Shown here one piece after another: positions 36,991 to 46,313 of a stretch of DNA of 64,000 nt. The position numbers and the translations under genes are program-made. The DNA comes from Smithella sp. PtaU1.Bin162 (GTDB lineage Bacteria > Desulfobacterota > Syntrophia > Syntrophales > Smithellaceae). Numbering within the stretch: the first letter of the stretch is position 1; the number at the start of each line of letters is the position of its first letter. The stretch spans positions 13,877-77,876 of the forward strand of contig MVRV01000184.1 of assembly GCA_002068015.1 (NCBI GenBank). Reading direction: 5' to 3'. The notes beneath the pieces were generated by a model, which did not search any database, had not been told where the DNA came from, and worked only from the letters and a program-made list of their open reading frames with translations.

Positions 36991-39319
36991 TATTTCCGTT
37001 TTTGCCGTTGCCGTCTTTTTGCACCTGTTCAGAATAATCAATGCGATGATGAAATATTCCCGTAAGTATTCTTGTAAAAGTTTCCGCAATTACATTCAAG
37101 TTTTTTAAAGTTAATTCACATTCATCGAGTTGACCGTCGGTATAAACACTCTCTATCCTTTCCCTAACCAGTGAACGGATTCTTGCCGGTGTCGGATTGG
37201 AAAGTGAGCGTGATGATGCTTCCACTACATCGCCCAACATAACAAGTCCGGCTTCTTTTGTCTGGGGTTTTGGACCGGGATAACGAAAATCACTTTCCGA
37301 TAAAGAACGGATCGATTCATCTTTATCTTTTTTGGCTTTGTTGTAAAAATAACTGACAACACTGGTGCCATGACTTTCCCGGATTATATTGATAATCTGT
37401 CGGCCTAATTTTGCTTCAGCGGCAAGTTCACAGCCGTCTTTTACATGAGAAATTATAATTAAACTGCTCATCTTGGGTGACAATTTATCATGTTTGTTTT
37501 CAGTACTCGGCTGATTCTCAATAAAGTACTGAGGTTTTTTTAATTTGCCGATATCATGATAGTAGGCGCTGACTTTAGCCAGTATGGAGTCGGCTCCAAT
37601 AGCTTCACTTGCCGCTTCCACAAGAGAGGCTACAATAATACTGTGATGATATGTTCCCGGGGCTTCGATGATCATTCTCTGGAAAATAGGTTGATTGAGG
37701 TTGGCTAATTCTAAAAATTTAATATCGGTCATAAAGCCGAAAATGCTTTCAAAAATAGGTGTGATTCCGGCAACGAGAACTCCGGTCAAGATACCTCCGA
37801 CTGCGCCTGCAAGCAGTCGCCAAAATAAATTATTAAGCAGATTACCGGACAAGAGGTTCAAACAAATAATTGTCGCTATATTAATAATGCTCAGAAATAT
37901 TCCAACTTTCAAAAAAGCGGAACGATGCCGGCTATTAACTATCTGATGAGCGGCGGCAACAGAGCCTAAAAAAGAATAAAGGGGAAAAATTATTTTTTCC
38001 TCAAAGAGGAAACCAATGAGAAATGAAGTGAGTACGCTGAGGATAAGAGCAACATTGCGGTTGATTAAAATAGCCATAATCATTGATCCCATGGCAAATG
38101 GGATGGCAAAATAAAAGGACTCCAGGGAGATGAAAGGAAACGCTCTGTTTAATGCTCCGGACATGAATATGCCGATTTTAACAATAGCAATTTGTAAGAT
38201 AACAATGAGACCGAATACCAGTAAATCGACGACATTAGAACTATGGGCTGATTTAAGCCAGTTCCTTGTGCGCCAGAAATAAAGAACCAGAGAAAGAAAA
38301 AGTGCCGTGCAGAAAATCCCCAGGGCAACCGAAATACTGGAAAATTTATTATCTCCGGTGGCTCTATGAAAAGCCTCCAGTTTGGCCAATTCCAGCGAAT
38401 TTATCTTTTCACCTTCACGAACAATCATTTCATTTTTTTGAACTTGGAAAAATACGGGTTTGACCTCTCCCATTGCCACAGTTTTTTTCTTCTCCGTTGC
38501 TTCTTTATTAAATGTCAGATTAGGTTCTATTAATTTTTTGCAGATGGTAAGAATATTGCGTCTTAAATCCTGATCGTCTTTGGAAAATATTGTATTAACT
38601 TTCCGGGCAAGGGTCGCATCAATATCTTTAATGTGCATAACCGGACTGATGTCTTTCAGTTCTTCTTCGGTTTGTGTTTTCAGATTCCGCAAGGTAATGC
38701 CTTTTTCTTTTTCTCCTTTGGTAAAACCGGCATTGGTGATAAATCTATTTTCGTAGACTGAAACAATGACCCGGGAAAGTTTGTTATGTATTTCATTAAA
38801 ATTTTTCTGGTTGATTAATGTACTGAATTCCTCAGAGCTCAGAGAAAACCCCAGAGTATTATCAAATATCTTTTTTATTTTCTGCGTTTCACGGAAATTA
38901 GCTGGAATGTTGTTCGAGTGTTTATCTTTAGAAACATCCCTGAAAAATTCATCTGCGGTATTAAATATTTTGACTAATTTCCCTTCAATAACGGAAGGCA
39001 TATTGACGTCGTAATCATAGACAAATTTAATATTTTCTGCAGCGTCAATATTCTTTTGTTTGGTTGATTCCCTGTCTTCGACCAGAAAGTCACGATCCGC
39101 TTTGATATCTTTGGTACTGATCATGCCTATTTCATACTTAGGTGCGAGAAAGTGAATTTCCGGCACAAGGATGACGGATAAAATGATACAAAGGACTATC
39201 GCGATAGCCCATTTTTGATAAGTATGGTTAGTAAATAGCTTAATGGAAAGAATATATTTCTCCAAAATGCTTTGGGAAATATTAGCAGCTTTTTTTGTTG
39301 TTGAATCGATGAAATCCAT
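36968..39319 (-). CDS. 7TM-HD (HDIG) membrane phosphohydrolase, PgpH/YqfF-like
   Basis: An extracellular N-terminal domain, then seven hydrophobic helices, then an HD domain (HHSIIVA...YYHDIGK). It lies between phoH and ybeY, as in many Gram-positive bacteria and deltaproteobacteria. Confidence 0.8.
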   Translation of the reverse strand: MDFIDSTTKKAANISQSILEKYILSIKLFTNHTYQKWAIAIVLCIILSVILVPEIHFLAPKYEIGMISTKDIKADRDFLVEDRESTKQKNIDAAENIKFVYDYDVNMPSVIEGKLVKIFNTADEFFRDVSKDKHSNNIPANFRETQKIKKIFDNTLGFSLSSEEFSTLINQKNFNEIHNKLSRVIVSVYENRFITNAGFTKGEKEKGITLRNLKTQTEEELKDISPVMHIKDIDATLARKVNTIFSKDDQDLRRNILTICKKLIEPNLTFNKEATEKKKTVAMGEVKPVFFQVQKNEMIVREGEKINSLELAKLEAFHRATGDNKFSSISVALGIFCTALFLSLVLYFWRTRNWLKSAHSSNVVDLLVFGLIVILQIAIVKIGIFMSGALNRAFPFISLESFYFAIPFAMGSMIMAILINRNVALILSVLTSFLIGFLFEEKIIFPLYSFLGSVAAAHQIVNSRHRSAFLKVGIFLSIINIATIICLNLLSGNLLNNLFWRLLAGAVGGILTGVLVAGITPIFESIFGFMTDIKFLELANLNQPIFQRMIIEAPGTYHHSIIVASLVEAASEAIGADSILAKVSAYYHDIGKLKKPQYFIENQPSTENKHDKLSPKMSSLIIISHVKDGCELAAEAKLGRQIINIIRESHGTSVVSYFYNKAKKDKDESIRSLSESDFRYPGPKPQTKEAGLVMLGDVVEASSRSLSNPTPARIRSLVRERIESVYTDGQLDECELTLKNLNVIAETFTRILTGIFHHRIDYSEQVQKDGNGKNGNNENPNRK

Positions 39320-39327
39320 AATATTTA

Positions 39328-40320
39328 TCAGGTATAATTATTTCTTTTTTCCTGATCCCTGCCGGCATAGGCTTTGATTACATCCTGTACAAGCGGATGA
39401 CGGACAACATCAATTTCGGAAAAATGAACAAAACGAATGCGACCGATCTTTTTGAGGATGTTTTCGGCTTCAACCAGGCCGGAGATTTTCCCTTGAGGCA
39501 GGTCAACCTGCGTTATATCGCCGGTAATAACTGCTTTAGAACCAAACCCCAATCTCGTTAGAAACATTTTCATCTGTTCGGACGTGGTATTTTGTGCTTC
39601 ATCGAGAATAACGAAGGAGTCATTGAGCGTTCTACCACGCATAAAGGCAAGTGGCGCCACTTCAATTAATCCTTTGGTAATTAGAGTCGTTGCTCGCTCC
39701 AGATCAATCATATCATAAAGGGCATCATATAACGGACGCAGATAAGGATTTACTTTTTCAGCCAGATCACCCGGTAAAAAACCTAATTTCTCGCCGGCCT
39801 CAACCGCCGGACGGGCCAGAATAATCCGTTCAACTTTCTTCTCCAGGAGACATGATACGGCCATTGCCATCGCCAGATATGTTTTCCCGGTTCCGGCAGG
39901 TCCTATGGAAAAAGTCATGTCATAGTTTCTCATGTTTTCAATATAGAGTCTTTGAGCGATGCTTTTAGGAGTGATGACCCGTTTTTTAGAAGATATAAAT
40001 ACGGTATCGAGAAATATCCGGGCCAATTCAAATGATACATCTTCGGAAAGAATCCGGTGAGCATAATCGATATCTGAAGAATGAATGTGCCATCCTTTTT
40101 CCATAATGGAATAAAGCTGCTGCAACAATGTACTTATTTTTCCGGTATTATCCTTTTCGCCGGAAATGGAAATATGATTCCCCCATGCTTTAATCTTAAC
40201 CGGTTCCATTTTTTCAATAAGCTTTAAATGCTTGTCATGCTCTCCACAGAGATTTTTCAGTAAATCATGATCAGCAAAGTAAAGTTTTTCTACAATTATA
40301 TCGGGGGTTGTATGCTTCAA
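39328..40320 (-). CDS. ybeZ: PhoH-like ATPase (YbeZ)
   Basis: Walker A GPAGTGKTY and the ILDEAQN motif. TTG start. Confidence 0.9.
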   Translation of the reverse strand: MKHTTPDIIVEKLYFADHDLLKNLCGEHDKHLKLIEKMEPVKIKAWGNHISISGEKDNTGKISTLLQQLYSIMEKGWHIHSSDIDYAHRILSEDVSFELARIFLDTVFISSKKRVITPKSIAQRLYIENMRNYDMTFSIGPAGTGKTYLAMAMAVSCLLEKKVERIILARPAVEAGEKLGFLPGDLAEKVNPYLRPLYDALYDMIDLERATTLITKGLIEVAPLAFMRGRTLNDSFVILDEAQNTTSEQMKMFLTRLGFGSKAVITGDITQVDLPQGKISGLVEAENILKKIGRIRFVHFSEIDVVRHPLVQDVIKAYAGRDQEKRNNYT

Positions 40321-40414
40321 AAAATCATTATCCTAAAAAAAATGTATATATCTTTTCCTTCTTTTAAATTTAGGGCTGACATCTATCACTGTCGCTAACC
40401 CATTGCAATACAAA

Positions 40415-41668
40415 TTAATTCTGTAGAAATATGTGAGCAAACACTTTAGCATTGCCTAACATATTGTCGATCGGACAGCTTTCATCCGGTTGATGGGCGT
40501 TTTGGCAGGTCTTCGACCATACTGCGGCAGGAATATTTTTCGTACGGAAATAAGAGGCAAGTGTTCCGGCTCCTACTCCTCCGGCAGACGCCCTTACGCC
40601 ATAAACATCGTTTACAGCTTCCCGTAAAGCCAGCACAACAGGTGATGTAACTGATGTAGGCGGAGGGGCCTGGAAATATTGAATTGGAGAAATTTCTATT
40701 TGCACTTTGAATTTATTTTCAACTTTACTTGCAATTGTTTTTATTACTTTCATGACATCTTCCAAATTGTAATCGGGCAGCACACGACAATCCATATAAA
40801 AAATATCTTCACCGGGAATAGTATTTATATTGCCAACATTTGCTTCTTTTTTTGTCGGTTCGAAAGTACTGGTTTGAGGATTATAGAGAGGATCAGATTT
40901 GGAAAATATTTTTTTCAACCGGGAAAGTTTTATAACCAGATCCGAAGACGCAACAAAGGCGTTTTTTCCTAACTGCGGGTTGCTCGCATGACATTGTTTA
41001 CCCCTTGTTTTAAAGGAGAGCCAGAGTATGCTTTTCTCAGCAATTTCTATCAAAGATCCTTGAGAATTCCCGGAGTCCGGAATTACAATTAAATCATTGC
41101 GTCCAAATAGCTTCTCATCAACGCTCATCATATGATAGAGACCTTTTTTACCGGATGTTTCCTCATCAGCGACAAAACCAAGGCCGATCGAATTTTCCGT
41201 TATTACACCTTCTTCAAGAATGGCTCGAGCTGCAAAAATCGAAGCCACCATATCCTGCTGGTTGTCTTCGACACCCCGGCCGAAGATACAGCCGTTTTTT
41301 TCGTAAGCACTATAGGGATCGTGGCTCCAGAGTTTTATTTCGCCGGGCGGAACGATATCGAGATGAGTTATAATCCAGACAAATTTAGATTTGTTCCTGC
41401 CCTCAATCGTGGTTATAAAGTTTGGTCGGAGTTTTGATGTAACATTTTCATCCGGAGCGTCATAGCTCCGGAAATAATTGAATCCAAGCTCAATCAGGCG
41501 GCTTTTTAAATAATGTGCTTTAAGTAATTCTCCGTCTCCACCGTTGTCCGGTCCGATGGCCGGAATGGCGCAAAGACCAATCTGCAGATCAATCATGGTT
41601 TGACGGTAAGAATCGATTCTTGCCGTTATTTTATTAAAGATATCTCTATTAATCATACGAATCCTCAA
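40415..41668 (-). CDS. M20 family metallohydrolase (ArgE/DapE-like)
   Basis: Contains IITHLDIVP and VADEETSG, the typical M20 metal-ligand motifs. It has no signal peptide. Confidence 0.7.
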   Translation of the reverse strand: MRIRMINRDIFNKITARIDSYRQTMIDLQIGLCAIPAIGPDNGGDGELLKAHYLKSRLIELGFNYFRSYDAPDENVTSKLRPNFITTIEGRNKSKFVWIITHLDIVPPGEIKLWSHDPYSAYEKNGCIFGRGVEDNQQDMVASIFAARAILEEGVITENSIGLGFVADEETSGKKGLYHMMSVDEKLFGRNDLIVIPDSGNSQGSLIEIAEKSILWLSFKTRGKQCHASNPQLGKNAFVASSDLVIKLSRLKKIFSKSDPLYNPQTSTFEPTKKEANVGNINTIPGEDIFYMDCRVLPDYNLEDVMKVIKTIASKVENKFKVQIEISPIQYFQAPPPTSVTSPVVLALREAVNDVYGVRASAGGVGAGTLASYFRTKNIPAAVWSKTCQNAHQPDESCPIDNMLGNAKVFAHIFLQN

Positions 41669-43104
41669 TATTCAGGGGCTATTGAAATCGGTCGTCCGTT
41701 CTTGCCGGTTAATTCCCGGATGAATTTATTGCTTTCCCCCAGAATCATAGTGACGGTGTTTTCTTTATTTAAATACTTTAGGGCAATTCTGTTTAAATCT
41801 GCAAGCTGAATAGTTTCAATTTTACTGCAATATGTCGACAAAAAATTTTCCGGAAGCATATCATATTCTCTTTTCATTTGTTGCCAGGTAATTTGTTCGG
41901 GTGATGCAAATGAAAATATGAAGCCGTTGTTAATTGATTTTTTTGCCCATTCAATTTCACTTTGAGTGAACGGATTGATTTTAGTATTATCCAGTACCGA
42001 ATCGATCAGAGAAAGAGTTTGAATAGTAGATGCTGTTTTTGTAAAGGCATATGCTGCGAATATGCCATGATCGGCCCGGGCACGGTAAAAACTGCCGGCG
42101 CTGTAAGCAAGTCCTTCATTGTTGCGGACGGCACTGAATATTCTTGAAGGAAAACCACCGCTGCCGAGAATAAAATCAAGAACAGTAAAAGCATGAAAAT
42201 CAGGATCGTTTTTACCCGGTGACAATTTTCCTCGAATAACGGTTGATTGCGGAATTTCTTTATTGATATAAAAGACTCCGGCCTTGGAACTTTGCGGAGG
42301 TGAAGGAATTAAGACCGGATTCCCGGATAATTCCCAACTGCCGAAGTATTGATTAATTTTATTTATTGCAACATCTCTGGAGATGTTGCCGGTAAGGGCG
42401 AACATGACATTTTGCGGTCGGAAAAATTGTTTATGAAATTTAATTAGATCCTCCCGGTCAATATCTGCGAGTGATTGCAGAGATACAGAACGGCTGCGCG
42501 GATTGCCACTATAAATCATTCTGTTGAATTCACGGAATGCCAGTTTCTGGGGATCGTCTTTTAATCTTCTGATTTCTTCAGTTTTCAATCTTTTCGCCAA
42601 ATCAAGTTTGTTTTGTTCAAAGGCCGGTATAATCAACATTTGCGATAAAAGGTCAAATCCCTGGTCAATATCTTTGTCGAGTAAAGAGAAATTAATTTGC
42701 ACGGAATCAAGGCCGGCCGTAATAGAAGGAGAGGCCGCCATAAAATCGAGCCGGTTATCCACTTCATGACTGCTCAATTTTTGCGTTCCTCCGGTTCTCA
42801 TCAGGTAAACGGTTAGTTCAGCAACACCTTCTTTGCCGTAAGGGTCATACATTGTTCCGCTATGAAGCAGAGCATTGATGCTGACTAAGGGAAGTTCATT
42901 ATTTTCCAAAAAATAAATTATAATGCCATTTTTAAGAGCAATACGTTCAGCTTTCGGCGGATTAAATTGTAGTTCCGGATAACGGAGTTTGCCGGGATCT
43001 GTCAAATTGGGAGAAGCCGCGTCGGAAAAAGCAGAAAGTCCGAAAACAACAGACAGCAGCAACGCCAATATCCGGCAGTAAATGAATATGGTTCTGATGG
43101 TCAT
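41665..43104 (-). CDS. M16 family peptidase-like protein, non-catalytic subunit type, secreted
   Basis: Signal peptide and M16 fold-like layout, but no HxxEH motif (AELTVYLM occupies the equivalent position). Confidence 0.7.
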   Translation of the reverse strand: MTIRTIFIYCRILALLLSVVFGLSAFSDAASPNLTDPGKLRYPELQFNPPKAERIALKNGIIIYFLENNELPLVSINALLHSGTMYDPYGKEGVAELTVYLMRTGGTQKLSSHEVDNRLDFMAASPSITAGLDSVQINFSLLDKDIDQGFDLLSQMLIIPAFEQNKLDLAKRLKTEEIRRLKDDPQKLAFREFNRMIYSGNPRSRSVSLQSLADIDREDLIKFHKQFFRPQNVMFALTGNISRDVAINKINQYFGSWELSGNPVLIPSPPQSSKAGVFYINKEIPQSTVIRGKLSPGKNDPDFHAFTVLDFILGSGGFPSRIFSAVRNNEGLAYSAGSFYRARADHGIFAAYAFTKTASTIQTLSLIDSVLDNTKINPFTQSEIEWAKKSINNGFIFSFASPEQITWQQMKREYDMLPENFLSTYCSKIETIQLADLNRIALKYLNKENTVTMILGESNKFIRELTGKNGRPISIAPEY

Positions 43105-43112
43105 TTTTATTT

Positions 43113-44612
43113 TTACTCTCCCTTTTCATTTTTTAATTCAGCGATTGTACGGTTATTCTTAGTAAAGTAAACGCCGATTACGTTTTGAATATCGGCAATT
43201 GAAACTCTATCAATAACATTCAAATAATCGGCAAAATATTTATAATTTCCCAATAGCACTTCATAATAGGACAAAATTGAAGCGATTTCGGAATTGGAAT
43301 CCATGCTTTGAATAAAACCCATCCGTAAATGATTTTTTGCTTTGGTAATTTCCTCGGGAGATACCGGTTGTGCTTTCAGGTTCTCGATTTCCCTCAGTAT
43401 GGATTCCTCCAGTTCGGCATTAGTATGGGGAAAACGCGGTTCCCCCGATATAATAAAAAGATTGGGATATCTGGCTCCGGGAATTCCATTGGCTGCATTT
43501 ATGCTTTTAGCAATTCCTTCTTCCGTTACCAGGCGCCGGTACAAGCGACTGGTACGTCCCTTAGTCAGGATCGCTTCCAGTACATCCAGTACATAGTCAT
43601 CATAAGCCGGAGCTGTTGGTTTATGATAGCCGATAAGCAGCATCGGATTGGCATCAAAATTAATTGACACTCTTCTTTCTTCTGTTTGTTTCGGTTCCTC
43701 CGGAATGACGGAATGTTTTTCTCTTTTAGAGGGAATGCCGCCGAAATATTTTTCTATCAATCTTAAGGTCGAAGAGGGATTAATGTCTCCGACAACGGCA
43801 ATCACAATACTTTCCGGAGATCGGTATCGGGAAAAAATATTTCTCAGAGAGCTTGGACTCAAGTTCATAAGGTCTTCCGTCCATCCCAGAATGGGTCTTC
43901 GGTAAGGATGTGTTTTATATGCGGTGCTCAGAAATTGTTCATATAATTTACCGTGGGGATCGGTTTCCACACGCTGGCGTCTTTCTTCCATAACGACATC
44001 CCTTTCCGTGTAAAACTCCCGAAAAACAGGATTCATCAAGCGATCGGATTCAATTCTTGCCCAGAGCTCAATTTTATTGGAAGGGAGACTGAGATGATAT
44101 GAAGTAACATCCTGGCCTGTTGAAGCGTTCATATCCACACTACCGTTTTCCGTATAAAGCCGGTCGATTTCATTAGGTATGAAATATTTTTTGTGTTTTT
44201 TCTGTAATTCTATCAATTTATTTTGCAATACCCTTATTCTTTCCGGATTTGCCTTTACTCCTCTGAGCCTTTCCCTGTCCAGGGCAACACCTGTTTTTTC
44301 AATAGCTGCAAGTATCTTCTTTTCCACCGCATAATTTTTAGTGCCGATTGTCGGCGTACCCTTGAACATCATATGCTCCAGCAAATGAGCTGCTCCGCTT
44401 TCACCTTTTTTTTCGTCGACCGCCCCGACGCGATAACGGATATAAAGAGAAACAGTCGGACTGATGTGTCTTTCCAACATCAGAACAGTCAGGCCGTTTT
44501 TTAGTCGAGTTTTGATAACCTTGCTTTCCAGATCAAAACCGTAAGAATTACCGTTAAGAATGAAAATGAAAAACAGGGCAAAAACTACTTTTGAAAATTT
44601 AATTCTCTTCAT
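43113..44612 (-). CDS. M16 family zinc peptidase (pitrilysin-like), secreted
   Basis: Signal peptide and the inverted zinc motif HLLEHMMFKG. Confidence 0.8.
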   Translation of the reverse strand: MKRIKFSKVVFALFFIFILNGNSYGFDLESKVIKTRLKNGLTVLMLERHISPTVSLYIRYRVGAVDEKKGESGAAHLLEHMMFKGTPTIGTKNYAVEKKILAAIEKTGVALDRERLRGVKANPERIRVLQNKLIELQKKHKKYFIPNEIDRLYTENGSVDMNASTGQDVTSYHLSLPSNKIELWARIESDRLMNPVFREFYTERDVVMEERRQRVETDPHGKLYEQFLSTAYKTHPYRRPILGWTEDLMNLSPSSLRNIFSRYRSPESIVIAVVGDINPSSTLRLIEKYFGGIPSKREKHSVIPEEPKQTEERRVSINFDANPMLLIGYHKPTAPAYDDYVLDVLEAILTKGRTSRLYRRLVTEEGIAKSINAANGIPGARYPNLFIISGEPRFPHTNAELEESILREIENLKAQPVSPEEITKAKNHLRMGFIQSMDSNSEIASILSYYEVLLGNYKYFADYLNVIDRVSIADIQNVIGVYFTKNNRTIAELKNEKGE

Positions 44613-44838
44613 GATTATTTATCTCATCACTTTGTTTTCGGGGAAATACCCGGAAAAATAAGTAGATCAGACCGGCAATGCAGACCAGAATTAACAGAGA
44701 AGAAGAAAAAAAATACATAACAAATTCCACCGGATTATTTAATGAATAAGAACCGATCAACGTATTTACCCCGACGATTAAAAAAAATATACACAGAATT
44801 AAAATTGTAATGTTTTTGACTGAAGTCCATATAATCAT
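44599..44838 (-). CDS. 79-aa two-TM membrane miniprotein
   Basis: Two hydrophobic helices (ITILILCIFFLIVGV and LLILVCIAGLIYLFF) and a charged C-terminal tail. It overlaps the M16 start by 14 nt and lies 15 nt after the radical SAM stop. No SD was seen. Confidence 0.45.
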   Translation of the reverse strand: MIIWTSVKNITILILCIFFLIVGVNTLIGSYSLNNPVEFVMYFFSSSLLILVCIAGLIYLFFRVFPRKQSDEINNHEEN

Positions 44839-44853
44839 ATTTTGTAATCCGTT

Positions 44854-46197
44854 TTATTTTCCCCGTAACAGTGTTTTAAATTCATTATAGACGGCAAAAC
44901 TAAAATCATCATTCCTGCAGGGAAGTAACGAGTTGTTATGATATAGCGGTTCTGCTTTAATGTCAAAGGGCGATAAGGTCTCAGCTTCCATCCACATTTT
45001 TGTTCCGGGGATAGGCGAATATTCTGCCAGTATTGGTTTCGCTCCGCATTCCAGGACAAAACCAATGCTTTTCAGCACTTCCGCGGCTTTTTGTCCGGGC
45101 AGCGCACAGAGTAAATATATCCCGATATCCGTTGTTTTATAGCCGGCATTTTTCAAATGATGGACGGCGCTGCGCAGTTCTTCATTTTTAACTTTTCCGC
45201 CTGTTTCCGTTTGTATCTTAAAATCCGATGTTTCAAAGCCGAAACGGATGGTCTGAAATCCGGAATTATAAAGCAGACGGCTTATGTCTCCATTTATCTC
45301 CCGCAGGTGTAATCCGTTGGGACAGTGGAAATTACAGGACAGTTTTCTTTTTCCAAGCTCCTGCAATAATATTACAATGTTTTCCCGGGAATTGACGAGC
45401 AGGGCATCATCATAGAAAGCGAAATTTTTTACTCCGAAATTTTTTTGCCAATATTCGATTTCGTCGGCAACCTTGATCGGATTCCGTTGAAGAAATTTTT
45501 CATTAAAAATGCTGGAAGCGCAATAACTGCAATTATAGGGACAGCCGCGGGAAGTTGCAATCGGCACTTGTTCCAGGCTGTGGATTAAATCAAAAGCAGG
45601 GTAGGGGTAGGAATCGAGATCAGCCGGATCCGGTTCATAGGAATAATTTTCGCCGAATAAGTTCTGCATAAGCTGAAGGGTCTGCTTTTCTCCGGCACCT
45701 CTCACAACGAAATCAGCACCTGAATTTTTTAGCGCATGATCATAACATAATGTGGCATATTTGCCTCCCAGAACGACGGGAACATCCGGCAAAACTTCTT
45801 TAATGAATTTGATTGCTTCAAAAACACCCGGATACCAGTAAGTCATAAGTGAAGTGATAAAAACAATATCTGTATCCTGATTGCAGACCAGTTCCTGCCG
45901 GAAGAATTCCGGCAGAATTCCATAACGGCAATAATTTTTGGGAATCATTTCCAGACATTCCGGTTTTGGTATAACCTGTCGGAAAAATTTACCGTTGCCG
46001 GAGTGACGACGAAGAGGTATTTTGCCGGAGCTTTGCATAGACGGGTTGTAAGGATCGAGGCAATCAATAAAACGGATACGATGATTATTCCGGCGCAACA
46101 GACCGCCGAGATATAAAAGACCGAGGGGTTTTAACCAGAAGTCATAAGCGGCAAAATCATAAATCCAGGGGTTAATCAGAAGAACATTTTTACTCAT
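44854..46197 (-). CDS. B12-binding-domain radical SAM protein (class B-like)
   Basis: N-terminal Rossmann-like VLLINPW...LGLLYLGG followed by the canonical SRGCPYNCSYC (CX3CX2C). Confidence 0.75.
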   Translation of the reverse strand: MSKNVLLINPWIYDFAAYDFWLKPLGLLYLGGLLRRNNHRIRFIDCLDPYNPSMQSSGKIPLRRHSGNGKFFRQVIPKPECLEMIPKNYCRYGILPEFFRQELVCNQDTDIVFITSLMTYWYPGVFEAIKFIKEVLPDVPVVLGGKYATLCYDHALKNSGADFVVRGAGEKQTLQLMQNLFGENYSYEPDPADLDSYPYPAFDLIHSLEQVPIATSRGCPYNCSYCASSIFNEKFLQRNPIKVADEIEYWQKNFGVKNFAFYDDALLVNSRENIVILLQELGKRKLSCNFHCPNGLHLREINGDISRLLYNSGFQTIRFGFETSDFKIQTETGGKVKNEELRSAVHHLKNAGYKTTDIGIYLLCALPGQKAAEVLKSIGFVLECGAKPILAEYSPIPGTKMWMEAETLSPFDIKAEPLYHNNSLLPCRNDDFSFAVYNEFKTLLRGK

Positions 46198-46313
46198 TGT
46201 TTATTATTTTATCACAGCCATAGATTATTTACAAAAATAATACCGCAGGTTTTAGGAACCGGTAAGGATCAGAGATTATATCAATGAATAAAGTGTAAAT
46301 GCCGGACGTTTGT

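Noticed and set aside
36991-37089. The N-terminal 33-aa extension of the ybeY track ORF. The same applies to 5042..5083 (hydrolase), 17097..17141 (acpS), 34775..34810 (mltD-like) and 5929..5955 (cspA).
   Set aside because: These extensions run into the preceding gene or lack an SD, whereas internal starts give conserved N-termini with better SD spacing.
44835-45065. A 76-aa minus-strand ORF.
   Set aside because: It sits in an alternative frame over the 3' end of the radical SAM gene and the start of the miniprotein, with no support.
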